A stretch of 64,000 nt of DNA from NCBI GenBank assembly GCA_951406725.2, contig OX597837.1, positions 33,790,001-33,854,000 of the forward strand, written 5' to 3'. The number at the start of each line of letters is the position of its first letter. Positions within the stretch are counted from its first letter, which is position 1. Both the position numbers and the translations under genes were made by a program. The stretch is from Octopus vulgaris. Its lineage: Eukaryota. Below, piece after piece: positions 37,066-50,550 of this stretch. The notes below the pieces were generated by a model, which was not told the DNA's origin, did no database searches, and worked only from the letters and a program-made list of their open reading frames with translations.

Positions 37066-37300
37066 CTTTTGCCTTGTTTGCCGAGTTCAGAGATTGGAGG
37101 TTGAAGAGTCCAGTGAAACAGCGGATGGCTTCCATGTCTTCTTCGTCGAGGTCATCGTCACTGATAGACACACCACCATCAAACTGGTTCACTTTCTTAC
37201 CACTGTTAGCAGTGCCACTAAACGGGCGAATGTTGTAAGTGTATTTCTCCCGTAACTCACTCAGTTGTGGAAATGGGAACGGTGATATTGAGTAGATTGC
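37066..37300 (-). CDS. TBC1D30: TBC1D30 exon 8
   Basis: ttcag|GCA...AAAG|gtttg; AIYSISPFPFPQLSELREKYTYNIRPFSG...SDDDLDEEDMEAIRCFTGLF...; the 3' boundary is fixed by phase. Confidence 0.87.
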
Positions 37301-37437
37301 CTGAAACAGAGACGAGGGTCAGTGGGGAGTTAGAACTGAATTGTCATTTGATATTGTTATTATTATTATTTTTTAGCCATTAGCAACAGAAGCAGTTTTT
37401 GTAAGCACACAGATTATTCTGTCAAATATAATACTTA

Positions 37438-37821
37438 TCTTTATATATAAAAGAGAGGTTGTGTGTCTGTCTCCTACGATTTAGATTCCTAACTACTCCC
37501 ACATTTTGCGGTGCAGTTTAACCAAAACCGGGTATCTTATAGTCGTGATTCATATCGAGCCCTTCTGGGTATTAGCGCGCGTCTACGATTTTAAAAAAGT
37601 TTACCATCATTTTTTCTCATTTTAATGCATTTTTTCGCTATTATATAAGGGAAGTAACTCTAAAAATGTCTACGATGAGTCAACGATTTAAAAAAAAAAT
37701 TTACCATAATTTTTTTTCCATTTTTAATGCATTTTTTTGCTATTTTTTGGCTATAACTCTCTAAAAATGCTTTATAGTTATTTCCCTTACAAACCCGAGC
37801 AACGCCAGGCAATACTGCTAG
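37438..37821 (+). mobile_element. Non-autonomous Helitron (same family as 16440), nested in a piggyBac-MITE remnant
   Basis: A|TCTTTATATATAAAAG...AAACCCGAGCAACGCCAGGC...CTAG|T. Confidence 0.8.
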
Positions 37822-38232
37822 TTTTGAACTAATCAAGCATTATCTCAGCTTTGTGATTGTAAAATTTTAAAATTAACACTAGGGTAGGTGTGATAGGTAA
37901 CATCTGGCTGGCTTGAATGTAAAGCAGGTAGAATGATATGGCCAGTTTAAATGCTAAATGATTAATTTACACATCCAGCTTAACTGGGATGTGTCATTTT
38001 AAATGCCATAAGCCACAGTATTTGTCCTGCAAAAAACCATCTTGTCTTGCATAGTTGTAAAGAGCTGAATAGCACAGAAAATATTGACGGATGAACTTCC
38101 ACCAGCACCGGCAGATGGGACTGTCGGCAGGCTGAGTAGGAATATTCCAGCATTAGACAAAATGCTTTGTGGTATTTCTTCTGACACTTTTTGATCTTTT
38201 GAGGCCAATGTACTTTCATCATCATTGTTTAA

Positions 38233-38452
38233 CCCTTTAGTGTTCAGATTACTCTGTTAAATATAATACTTTTTCACTCAAATTGTTTTTAATTAATCCT
38301 GCATTATCTTATAGCTTTGAGGTTTCAGTGATGTGAATGTTTATTTTTTGAATGTCATTGTAGGTTAGGTGTGAGTGGCCAGATATCACCAGTTTGAATA
38401 TAAAACATATAGAATATTTGGGCCAGATACGGCCGGTTTAAACACTAAAGGG
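38233..38452. mobile_element. piggyBac-type MITE
   Basis: TTAA TSD; perfect 12-bp TIR CCCTTTAGTGTT/AACACTAAAGGG. Confidence 0.85.
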
Positions 38453-38984
38453 TTAAAGTTCGTTTTCCATGCTGGCATGCGTTAGATGGTTTGACAGGAG
38501 CTGGCCAGCAAGGGCGCTGTCCAGACTCCAATTGACTGTTTTGGCATGGTTTCTATGGCTCAATGCCCTTCCTAACACCAACCACTTTACAGAGTGTACT
38601 GAGTGCCTTTTTTTTTTGACATGCCACTGGCACAGGTGTGCCCATATAGCTATGGCACGAGTGCTTTTTATGTGGCACTGGCACCCGTAAAGGACAAGCC
38701 TGCATTTATAGGATGGCAGCGATTTTGATTAGTCCAGCAAGTACCAAGTCAAGCTGAATAGAACAGACAAAAAATTAAAGGCATTCTAGAAGTGACCATC
38801 CCCTTGTTTTGTTCTAGACAATCAAAGACTTGATTATCCAACATGTCCATCCTGTTTTTTGAAGACAGCTGAGAGATTTGGTTGCTATATCTAGCAAATT
38901 GAGTGACCAAATAGAGTCTCCTTTATTGAATCATATTTGCGTGTATGCAAGTATGCCATATATACATGCACACACAATAGACAT

Positions 38985-39046
<62 letters not shown>

Positions 39047-39091
39047 GGCTTAAAATATGCATAAAAATAATAAGGAATTGATGTCATTTAC

Positions 39092-39197
39092 CTTTATTAA
39101 CTTTTCCGGACTGAACTTGTCCCCACTGACCATTTCTTGGGTCAGTTCACCCATGAGAGTATAGAACTCATCAGCACTGCCAACCATTAATATTCTC
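39092..39197 (-). CDS. TBC1D30: TBC1D30 exon 7
   Basis: cacag|G...AAG|gtaaat; RILMVGSADEFYTLMGELTQEMVSGDKFSPEKLIK. Confidence 0.92.
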
Positions 39198-40463
39198 CTG
39201 TGGTGACAGACAGACAGACATGTCAGGATACATAAGACACAGCGACAAAGCTTGGAACAAGAGAACATCCTACAGTAATAAGGAGAAACTCACACACACA
39301 CACATACAACTATTAAAATTGCTTAGAGCCATCAGCTTCTGGTACGTGGCGAGTTTCCAGATAAGAAAGAAACCTTATAAAATGCTTTATGTAATATTGT
39401 ATTATTTGTTTACAAAATATAAGATAGAAAAAAATTGTCAACTTTTATTATATTCATTATATATATTTACGGAGATGTACTCGCATAGCAAGTGATTTGA
39501 TCTGAGATCGTGTGCTCTCAAAAGGCTTTGGTTAGCCTGGAACTATAGTAGAAGACACTTGCCCGTGGCACTGCTCACTGGCACTGAACTCAAAACCATG
39601 CAGACTGGTTTGAATCATTCTCCTTAAATTACCAAAATTAAGATTCCATGATTTAAAATTTCTTGAAAAACAGTTTCAAATTGAAGAACAGCCACTGATT
39701 TTCAATACATCTAGAATCTACTCAAGTCAGAATGAATTCTTGGAGAAATCTTTTCAACTCAATTCTTTAAAGATTTCTCCAAGATGTCTAAAGAAAAGAC
39801 GATGCTATTGTTGTTGCTATTGTTTGCATCCAGCTCAGCTTTGATCAAGGTGATCCATAATAAAAGATGTCCCAGCTGAGATCATCTCAACCTTTATGTT
39901 TTCAAATAAATTGTACATGACACCATGGGTCTTCTCTAGTCTAGCAGAGAGTGTGACTTGAAGGAGATTTGCCTACTATTTCTAGTTACAAGAGAGACTA
40001 GCAAGTAGCTTGCCAGAGCAAGTGCTGCCAACCGAAAGCTCCACGTAACAGAAAGCAGCAAGTTTTAGAAGTCATCAGGAGAGAATCTGGGCACATCATT
40101 TCAGGGCCTTCCTCTTGATGGCTTTACTGTACAGTGGCTCCACCTACTGGATCAAAAGATTAGTATTCAATCACTTTTTTTTTTGCCAATGTGTGATCTG
40201 AGGGAGATTTACATGCTATTTCTAGCAGATCAAGTGACCACTTACAGACCCTCCACCCCAACACTAGTTAAATCACATAACAGAGGTAACCAAGTATGGC
40301 TTGCAGACAATACAAAGCTATCATTTCCAACACACAGCCCAAGCTACAGCAGAAGATAGTTATGATGCAGCACCGTAGGATTGAACCGGAGTCCATGGCT
40401 ACTAAATCCCCAATAACCTGACAGAGAAATGAGAATTATCAGATAGAAATCATGCATGCTCAC

Positions 40464-40635
40464 TTGGACAGTTTGTTCCAGATTACCAATGCTGCTCGTA
40501 GTAATATCTCAGAACCTTCCAGTAATATAGAATCCCACAATCGGAGAACGGTTTTCTTTGGAAGACAAGTTGCAAACAGAGTCAGAAACCATTGCATTGT
40601 GAAGACATTGGTTAATGGAGGCTCATAGATGGCAC
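40464..40635 (-). CDS. TBC1D30: TBC1D30 exon 6
   Basis: gccag|GT...CCAA|gtgag; GAIYEPPLTNVFTMQWFLTLFATCLPKKTVLRLWDSILLEGSEILLRAALVIWNKLS. Confidence 0.95.
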
Positions 40636-40811
40636 CTGGCAAGACAAGAAAAACATGGTTTCAAAATCAGTTTTATTTAACATTTTCAATACCACATCTG
40701 GTTCTTTGATACAAATTCTTTGACATGAAGTGATCTAAATTAAAATTCATCAAAATTCATCTTAATTTATACTCTTTACACCAGCTTAATAACAACAAAA
40801 TGGAGGAATGA

Positions 40812-41022
40812 AAAGAAACATCTGTTTATGTGGGATTTTAATTTAGAAAGAAACATCTGTTTATGTGGGATTTTAATTTAGAAAGAAACATCTGTTTATG
40901 TGGGATTTTAATTTAGAAAGAAACATCTGTTTATGTGGGATTTTAATTTAGAAAGAAACATCTGTTTATGTGGGATTTTAATTTAGAAAGAAACATCTGT
41001 TTATGTGGGATTTTAATTTAGA
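40812..41022. repeat. 35-bp perfect minisatellite, 6 units
   Basis: AGAAAGAAACATCTGTTTATGTGGGATTTTAATTT. Confidence 0.95.
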
Positions 41023-41600
41023 ACATAAGGGGCCTAACAAAAAGATGTGAAAAAGGGGGCAGCAAACTGGCAGTCATCAGAGTATTGTATAGAATGGTTT
41101 GCAGTTTGTCTCAGCTCTGAGCGATCTGAGTTCAAATCTGACTGAGATCAATTTTGCTGCTCATCTTTTTGGGCCAACAAAATAGTAGTCCAGGGGTGGT
41201 AGATGGGTGGTGACACTGCTAAAGCACCAGACAAGAAGCTTTGTGATATTGGCTTTACATTTTAGTAAATTCATCGTTATTTCCAAAATTATTTGAAGTA
41301 AAGGTAAAGTATTTCAACACAATTATGGTGGCAAAAGGCTTAAACTAATTTAAATTAAAATCTTCCTTCAAAATTTATACTCCAGGCACCAGCTTAATGA
41401 CATAACCATGTTGCTAACCATGTTGCATTATGTTGAAAATTAATTGAAACAAAAAACTATTGAGGCAAAAGGTTTAAATTGATTTACATTAAAGTCTTGT
41501 ATCAAAATTCCATGTTAAATTGTTCCAAACATCAGCTTAATAATGACAAGTTATTTTATTAAATAATAAGGATTATTTTATTAAATAGTAAGGATTATTT

Positions 41601-41943
41601 GTGAAGGCGCATGGTTCAGTGGTTAGAGCATCAAGCTTACGATCGTGAGGTTGTGAGTTCAAATCCCGGACTGGGTTGTATGTGATGTTCTTGAGCAAGA
41701 CACTTTATTTTCATGTTGCTCCAGTTCACTCAGCTGTAGACTGTAGAAATGAGTTGCGATGTCACGGGTGCCAAACTGTATCGACCTTTGCCTTTCCCTT
41801 GGATAACATCAGTGGCATGAAGAGGTGAGGCCGGTATGCATGGATGACTGCTGGTCTTCCAAAACAACCTTGCCCGGACTTGTACCTGGGAGGGTAACTT
41901 TCTAGGTGCAATCCCATGGTCAGTCATAACTGAAGGGGGTCTC
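41601..41943 (+). mobile_element. tRNA-derived SINE family D (CORE-like central domain)
   Basis: Head TGGTTCAGTGGTTAGAGC...GAGTTCAAATCCC; CTTGAGCAAGACACTT...CAGCTGTA; TSD AG(T/C)AAGGATTATTT. Confidence 0.8.
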
Positions 41944-42213
41944 AGCAAGGATTATTTGCCAACATAACATGGTAGTAGAATGTTGCTGTTATTTAGCCCC
42001 AGGAAGCATTGTCTCCAGCTGGCTATACAACACACTATGTCCTTATATTTTCAAACAAGGGAGTTTAACATCTCCATTCAGCACAAAACAATATCTATTG
42101 CGATTTCTGGGTTATTTCCCTTCATCAGCACAGAATAACTGTTCGGCTAGAGGTGGCTGCTAAATTCTTGTTTGAAATATATAGTTTTCAAAGTGACACA
42201 CAGTCATTGATCT

Positions 42214-42386
42214 AATAAAGTAGAAAATTTCTATTTGTAAATCTCTTAACGAAAGATATTCAGTAACAGTACTCTAGAGTAAAGATTATTTGCAAACATA
42301 ACGTTGGTAAATAATCTTTACTCTAGAGTATTGTTACAGAATATCTCTCATTGAGAGATTTACAAATAGAAATTTTCTATTTTATT
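42214..42386. repeat. Long foldback (about 80-bp arms), probably a palindromic MITE
   Basis: ...TACTCTAGAGTAAAGATTATTT...AAATAATCTTTACTCTAGAGTA... Confidence 0.8.
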
Positions 42387-42428
42387 TTATTAAAATTCTT
42401 CCTTATTTTCAAAATTTATTGAAACAAA

Positions 42429-42826
42429 GGCGCAGGAGTGGCTGTGTGGTAAGTAGCTTGCTAACCAACCACATGGTTCCGGGTTCAGTCCCACTGCGTG
42501 GCATCTTGGGCAAGTGTCTTCTGCTATAGCCCCGGGCCGACCAATGCCTTGTGAGTGGATTTGGTAGACGGAAACTGAAAGAAGCCTGTCGTATATATGT
42601 ATATATATATATATAAGTGTGTGTGTGTCTGTGTTTGTCCCCCTAGCATTGCTTGACAACCGATGCTGATGTGTTTACGTCTCCGTCACTTAGCGGTTCG
42701 GCAAAAGAGACCGATAGAATAAGTACTGGGCTTACAAAGAATAAGTCCCGGGGTCGATTTGCTCGACTAAAGGTGGTGCTCCAGCATGGCCGCAGTCAAA
42801 TGACTGAAACAAGTAAAAGAGTAAAG
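42429..42826 (+). mobile_element. SINE family A
   Basis: Full-length copy. Confidence 0.85.
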
Positions 42827-44103
42827 TCCATGCATTTCAGCAGAAATATGGTAACAAAAGGGTTAAAGTGATCTAAATGAAAAGCTTCCTTCAACATTTT
42901 ATGTTAATTTATGTTCCATACACCAGCTCAATTAGTGGCAAAGTTATTTTAGTAAATTCTTCATTATTTTGAAAATCCATTGAATCAAAGGCAGTGCATT
43001 TCAACAGAATTATGGTGACAAAAGGGTTAAGCAAAAATATTAATTTGTTATTCCAAAGCGTTAAAAAAAATGAAATTTTAAAACGTGTGTGGGTATACCT
43101 GATTCAAACTGTGATATAAATGGTATAGGCTTTATTAATCCTGGAATAATGAAAAGTAAGATAGACCCTAATGTTATTTGAACTCAGGATGCTAGAATGA
43201 AAGGCATTTAGTTCCATACTTGCCTAGTTTTCTCAGTCCCCCACCACAACCACCACTTTCACTCACAAGAACAGCAATAATGATTTATAACGTCTGTTTT
43301 CCATGCTGGCATGGGTTGGACTGTTTGACAGGATCTGGCAAACCATGGGACTGGGTTGATCTCCAGTGTCAGCTTTGCCATTGTTTCTGTGGGTGGATGG
43401 CCTTCCTAATGCCAACCACTTTACAGTGTATACTGGGTGCCTTTTTCTGTGCCAATGACACTAGTGAGGTCATCAAGTAACTTGCAAGACAGGGAAAGAG
43501 TTGGAAAAAGGCCAAAAAAATCGCCCTTGACTAAGTTTTAGGAGGTGTTATAGTTAACTTAAAGCCTTACCTGTTTCTGAGTATGGTAATATTTTCCTTT
43601 GGCCAAATATTTTCAAGGAGGACTGGAGATAAATGGCACTGCTTGTGTGATGCAATATAAAGGGGTGCACACACATACACATACGTGAGGATTGGCCTGC
43701 AGGAGTTTTGTTCTGGTTCCACATAAAAAAAGCACTTGGGCCAGTCCCACATACAAAGCACCCAGCACACTCTAAAGTGGTTGGCTTTAGGAAGGACACC
43801 CAGCCTTAGAAACCATGCCAAATCAGACTTAAACACAGTACAGCTCTCAAACCGTCCAACCCATGACAGCATAGGAAACAGATGTCAAAGAACGACATGT
43901 TCAAGGGACTTCTTTCAGTCTCTTAAAGGCTTCGGTCAGCCCAGGGCTATAATAAAAGACACTTGCTCAAGGTACCATGTGGTGGGATTGAACCTGAAGC
44001 CACATGGTTAGGAAGCAAGCTTCTTAACTACGCAACCATACTCATGCCCTTGAATATATATAATAATCTTTAAAAAAAACAGAAAGGACAGAAACCCTCT
44101 TAC

Positions 44104-44272
44104 CTGATGCTTCTTCCTGAGCTGCTTTCTGTAGATTTTCCAAGTGCTGAGAGAGATAAGGGAACTTCCAATGCAGCAGATCCCTAAAAACAGCCATGTC
44201 AACAGATAAGGCACGCAAATTGTTGGCAAAATAACTGTCAGGTAGCACATGGTCGATGAGGTAAACCATAAC
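44104..44272 (-). CDS. TBC1D30: TBC1D30 exon 5
   Basis: atcag|GTT...TCAG|gtaag; VMVYLIDHVLPDSYFANNLRALSVDMAVFRDLLHWKFPYLSQHLENLQKAAQEEAS. Confidence 0.95.
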
Positions 44273-45252
44273 CTGATAGAAAAGAAACCAAAGCGATCGT
44301 TAATTAAATGAAGTTAATATAATTAATGGAATCATTAACATGGACAAAACGCTTAGCAGTATTTCTTTCAGTTCTGAGTTCAAATCCTGCCAAAGTCAAC
44401 TTTGCCCTTCATTCTCTCAGGGTTGAAAAAGTTGGAGTCAATATAGTCAACTTGTAGGGATAAAAAGCACTGGTGGTGGTGGTGGTGCCCAGCACACGGT
44501 GTAAAGTGGCTGGCAAAAGGAAGAACATCCAGCTGTAGAAATCATGCCTAAACAGACTGTGGAACCCGATGTGTCCCTTGACCTTGCCGACAGGGGGATA
44601 AACATAGAGGGGACAAACAAGGACAGACAAAGGGATTAAATCGATTACATTGACCCCAGTGCATAACTGGTACTTATTTAATCGACCCCAAAAGGATGAA
44701 AGGCAAAGTCGACCTCGGTAGAATTTGAACTCAGAACATAACTGCAGACGAAATACCGCTAAGCATTTTGCCTGGCATGTTAAGGATTCTGCCAGCTTGC
44801 CGCCCTAAATACACACATTTATACAATGAGCTTCTTTCAGTTTCTGTCCACCGAGCCCACTACTGTAACCTGGGGCTATAGCAGAAAATAGTTGCTGAAG
44901 GTGACAGAGAGTGGGATTGAGCCTGGAACCATGTGGTTGGATAAGGAAACTACTTACCACACAACTATACCTGCATCTATGTCTATAAGCATTCTGAGCC
45001 ACCACAACACCTGAAGGTGTTCCTCTAAAAGATGCTGCAATTTATAAGGAACTGTGATGCACAGAGACAGGGTTGTTTTAGAGCAGGGCCACACTGAGCA
45101 TTTGCCCAGGGAGACCCATAGGTTTAGGGGTTTTAATTCTAATCCATGCATGACGTGCTTCAGTGCACTGATTTTCTTGGAGGCCCCTCAGACATAGGGA
45201 CCCTATTCTGATCTATATATGCTGTGGTTACTGTCAGTAAAAAATATCCAAA

Positions 45253-45636
45253 GGCGCAGGAGTGGCTGTGTGGTAAGTAGCTTGCTTACCAACCACATGG
45301 TTCCGGGTTCAGTCCCACTGCGTGGCACTTAGGGAAAGTGTCTTCTACTATAGCCTCGGGCCGACCAAAGCCTTGTGAGTGGATTTGGTAGAAGGAAACT
45401 GAAAGAAGCCTGTCGTATATATGTATTTATGTGTGCGTGTGTTTGTCCCCCTAGCATTGCTTGACAACCGATGCTGGTGTGTTTATGTCCCCGTCACTTA
45501 GCAGTTTGGCAAAAGAGACCGATAGAATAAGTACTGGGCTTACAAAGAATAAGTCCCGGGGTCGAGTTGCTCGACTAAAGGCGGTGCTCCAGCATGGCCG
45601 CAGTCAAATGACTGAAACAAGTAAAAGAGTAAAGAG
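45253..45636 (+). mobile_element. SINE family A
   Basis: Full-length copy. Confidence 0.85.
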
Positions 45637-46334
45637 TAATGGCTCAATGCACTGATTTTCCCAGGGGACTATAACACTGCTAAGAGGGCTCTGGGTACAG
45701 ATACAAGATTATCTGGATCTTCCTTTGTTGTGTAGTCCTAGGTACACTTTGCCTGGATGAAAAACAGGATGGTCACAACAGGGAAGGCATGCGCTATTTG
45801 AGTAGATATATCCGGAGCTAGTGACCACCACCACATATGATAATGTAATCCTAGATGCACTATGCCTGAATGAAAGACAGGATGGTCATAATTAGAAAGG
45901 GGTGCACTGTTAAATTAGACATATCTGGAGCTAGTGACCACCACCCTCTCTCTCTTTCGGAGAGGCACAAGCACCTACACGCACATATACACACACGGTA
46001 GTAACTTCCGCCTGCCGAATTCAATCACAAAGCTTCGGTCAGCTCGGGGCTATAGCAAAAGACACCTACCGAAAGTGCCACGCAGTGGGACTGAACCCGA
46101 AACCATGTAGCTAGGAAGCAAGCTCCCTAACCACACAGCCATGCCCGGGTCACAAATGGACAAGGTTGTCCTTGATACAACATAAGAGATTCAAAAACAG
46201 AAATGGTGAGCTCGATTCCACAGCCCTGGATCTAAACAACCACTCTCCTCAGCATACCATTGCTGCCATGACCACCACCACCACCACCAAGATATGGAAT
46301 AGCAAGTCGAAGAAGGTTCAAGAACTGTACTTAC

Positions 46335-46520
46335 TTTCAATGCTTCGTCTTCCCTCCTATCAAAGACATCCAGCAATAATGCCGCTATCACATTGAAACC
46401 CTGGCAGTAGCCAACGTTTTTATTCCAGCGAGCATAGGCCAACAGGACACGCTTCAGAACGGCACGTTCTTCCTCGTTGTCATGGCCACTGAAGCTGCGA
46501 CAACCAGTCCGATGGAGATC
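46335..46520 (-). CDS. TBC1D30: TBC1D30 exon 4 (Arg finger DLHRT, Gln finger GYCQG)
   Basis: ttcag|GAT...AAA|gtaagt; DLHRTGCRSFSGHDNEEERAVLKRVLLAYARWNKNVGYCQGFNVIAALLLDVFDRREDEALK. Confidence 0.95.
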
Positions 46521-47046
46521 CTGAAAAAATTAATTTTAGCAGAAAAAGATAAGGAAAAAGAAAAATGAGTTGATTGTTGGATAGAAACAGTTTGGTTGAT
46601 GTTCCCTCCAGCCTTCATCAGGCGTCTTGGGGAAATTTCAAACCTGGGTTCTCGTTCCTGTGGTATTTTTCAATGTAATTATTATTCAGATCACTGCCTG
46701 GAATTGAACTTGGAATCTTTACTGAAGGAGGTTAAGAGTGTTGCTGTTGTTGGTGGTATTCATCATCATCATCGTTTAATGTCCACTCTCCATGCTAGCA
46801 TGGGTTGGACGGTTCAACTGGGGTCTGGGAAGCCAGAAGGCTGTGCCAGGCTCCAGTCTTATCTGGCAATGTTTCTACAGCTGGATGCCCTTCCTAACGC
46901 CAACCACTCCGTGAGTGTAGTGGGTGCTTTTTACGTGCCACCTGCACAGGTGCCAGGCGAGGCTGGCAACGGCCACGGTCAGATTGGTGCATTTTATGTG
47001 CCACCGGCACGGAAGCCAGTCGAGGCGGCACTGGTCATTAAATTAA

Positions 47047-47414
47047 CCCTTTAGTGTTCACATTATTCTGCCAAAATTAATCCTTTTTTATCCACACTGC
47101 CTTGAACTAATCAGGCATTATCTTGTAGCTATGAGATTTTGATGAGGTAGCTGTTGATTTTTCAAACAATATTGTAGGGTTGGTGTGAGAGACCAGATAT
47201 GGCCAGTCTGAACATAAAACAGGCAGAATACTTTTGGCTGGATATGGCCAGTTTAAATGCATTATCTTGTAGCTATGAGATTTTGATGAGGTAGCTGTTA
47301 ATTTTTCAAACAATATTGTAGGGTTGGTGTGAGAGACCAGATCTGGGCAGTTTGAACATAAAACAGGTAGAATACTTTTGGCCGGATATGAGGGCCGGTT
47401 TAAATGCTAAAGGA
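47047..47414. mobile_element. piggyBac-type MITE with an internal tandem duplication of about 143 bp
   Basis: TTAA|CCCTTTAGTG...GCTAAAGGA|TTAA; GCATTATCTTGTAGCTATGAG occurs twice. Confidence 0.75.
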
Positions 47415-47588
47415 TTAAATAACGTCTCAGTCACACAACACAAACTCATGTGAATCCTGCACTAAAGCTGGGTGGGGTGGAGGATGTAAAATGCTAAGAC
47501 AGAACATAAATAAAGGCATGGAAATGGACGTAGCTGGTCAGAAGGAAAGAGATATTTCTAAGATAATTGAATTATGTCTTTTTATTAC

Positions 47589-47714
47589 CTTGACAATTTG
47601 AAGTCCAAGTTTATTGTCGTCTGGATTGCAGCGATCATTAAAAGCAAATCGCACGGTTTTCTCCCAGTCCAGATGGATCTCTTTGATATAATGGTCAGCC
47701 AAACTCAGCCACAC
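47589..47714 (-). CDS. TBC1D30: TBC1D30 exon 3 (TBC domain)
   Basis: ttcag|GTG...AAG|gtaat; VWLSLADHYIKEIHLDWEKTVRFAFNDRCNPDDNKLGLQIVK. Confidence 0.94.
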
Positions 47715-49241
47715 CTGAAGAAATAAATGAAGAAAAAAAAAAGAGAAAAATATAGGAAATTGGGGAGAAAAACAACAACAAACAAATAAGGTTAGAAATG
47801 TATTGGGATTTATAGTAAAGAAAATATCTTGGATGTACATGGTTTCGGGTTCAGTCCCACTGCGTGGCACTTTGGGTAGGTGTCTTCCGCTATAGCCCCG
47901 AGCCGACCGAAGCTTTGTGATTGAATTCGGTAGGTGGAAGTTACTGCCGTGTGTGTATGTGTGCGTATAGCTGCTCAGTGCCTCTCCGAAAGAGAGAGAG
48001 GGTATATAATGGATGAAGCCAAGTCCTAAATTTAGGGGGAGCGAGCATATAAGAAAAAAAAAATGGCACCATGACACACACCAAACAATTTTTAACTTGT
48101 TGATCATACATTTTATAAAAGATGCCAATTTTGAAAAATGTGCTGGGGGGGGGAGCAGTTGCTCCTCTGGCTCCCCTATTAGCTATGCCACTGAATGAAG
48201 CAGAGAGTGGTCTGTGTTGAGAGAATGCATTTCGCTAAATAAAAGTGCTTGAAAAACCATCATTATCATCTAATTTCTGTTTTCCATGCAGGCATGAGTT
48301 GGACTGTTTGACAGGATCTGGCATACCATGGGACTCCAGTATCAGCTTTGCCATTGTTTCTATGGGTGGATGGCCTTCCTAATGCCAACCACTTTACTGT
48401 GTATACTGGGTGCCTTTTTTTTTTCTGCCAATGACACTAGTGAGGTCATCGAGTAACTTGCAAGACAGGGAAAAAGTAGGAAAAAGGCCAAAAAATCGCC
48501 CTTGACTAAGTGTGGGGAAGTATTTGAGAGAAGGGGTTTTATATCAGGTGTTGAGAGGTCAAAGTATGATAAAGGGACAAGCACAGGTGCATTGCTATAG
48601 AGGAGATACATGGTTACCTCATGTTTTATAAAGGTGGATAGGAGTATCTGGGAAGAAGATAAAGATGATAGTAATAGGGTGCCAGAGGAAACCCTCAACA
48701 TGAAAGGTGAGCATAAGAGAGAATAAGGGCAGTGGATCATGGGATGGGGAAAGGGGCAGTTTCATAAGAGGGAGAAGAGAGTGGCAGGTGGTTAGTGATA
48801 GGGGTGGAGGTGAACATAGTGATGAACAAAGGTGAAGCTGAAGTTGATAGGAAATACCAGAATGTAGAGGGGGGAAAAGTAGGAGAGATAAAAGGGGCTC
48901 AGGGAGTAGGGGGCTGATGTGCAAAGTATAGGAGCAGTGGGGAGGGAGATGTGAATATAAATAAGGGTGGCTATAGCAAATGGGGTGTGATGGGAAGAGG
49001 AGAGGGTGTTAAGAATGATAACAGATATGAGAGGGGTTGAAGATGAAGTATGCCAGAGAAAAGGGAAAGATAAATGGAGGTACAGAATGGAAGGGATTGG
49101 CGAAAATGGTGTGGAAAGGGATGAAGATGAGAATAGTATTAAAGGATGATGACATCAATGATACTGCAGCAGAGGATCCAGGCTGGCCAGAACCACGATG
49201 GTGAAACAATCCAAAGAAATTCTCAAAAAGAGAAAGCTTAC

Positions 49242-49372
49242 CTTTCTTCTGAATTCCTCAGGGATTCCAAGAGGGAGTCGTGCAACCCCTTTCATAGCAT
49301 CTACCCATTGTTCGTAGGCGTTCTCACCAACCAATGGTGGTTCAATGCTAAACTTGATTCTGGTGTCAATTC
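49242..49372 (-). CDS. TBC1D30: TBC1D30 exon 2
   Basis: ctccag|GA...AAG|gtaagc; GIDTRIKFSIEPPLVGENAYEQWVDAMKGVARLPLGIPEEFRRK. Confidence 0.92.
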
Positions 49373-50055
49373 CTGGAGAAGAGAAAGGAAAAAAAAAGAT
49401 CAATTAAAAGATGACATGTTGCAATAAAAGAGATTTTGGATGTCATTGAAACTGGATGTTTTAATATTCAGAGTCTGGGATTAACTCTTTGGCATTTAAA
49501 CCAGCCATATTATATATATATATTTCTTTACTACCCACAAGGGGCTAAACACAGAGGAGACAAAGAAGGACAAACAAACGGATTAAGTCGATTACATCGA
49601 CCCCAGTGCGTAACTGGTACTTAATTTATCGACCCCGGAAGGATGAAAGGCAAAGTCAACCTCGGCGGAATTTGAACTCAGACGAAATACGGCAACGCAT
49701 TTTGCCCAGTGTGCTAACGTTTCTGCCAGCTCGCCGCCATATTATATATATATACATATAATAAGAAAATGGAGGAAAAACATCAATGAGAAGTGTGTAG
49801 TTTAATGTATATATAGATGATAAGAAACAACCACTCTATATATACATTATATATACATTAAACTATGGTTTACCTTTTTAATTACCTGCTGCTGTATACC
49901 TTATACCAAGGACCATACTTACTGAAGTAATTACCAGGAGTGCCTTTGGATACATCTATCCCTTAGAGGATTTAAACACCTGTAACTTATACCTTATATA
50001 TATATATATTTATATATATCATCATCATCGTTTAACGTCCGCTTTCCATGCTAGC

Positions 50056-50096
<41 letters not shown>

Positions 50097-50550
50097 AATA
50101 CATACCTATATATACATATATATACATGGACACACACATATGTATACATACACACATATTTATGTAACGTATGTACACACACATACATATACATAAAATA
50201 TACAAGACAATTATACCATAAACATATAGACACACATAATACTCCTTTAAATGCCTGAACCCACAAATATGCCTTATCAGGCAGAATTCCATCTGACTCT
50301 ACCCCAGAAAGAAACAAAAGCAGGTGGCCATGTGGTTTAGTGCTTGCAGCCTCTCTAATTGGCAGCAGAAATGTGATGACATATTACAAGTGTATACACA
50401 CACACGCATGGGATGTAATACATATACACACACCAACAGAAAGGTAGATGCAGACAGGTGTACTTAAGCAAGAGTCCACACACGTGCAACATTGATGTCA
50501 AATATCTAAACAATTAACACACGTGTGTGTGTGTGATGCGTTTATGTATT

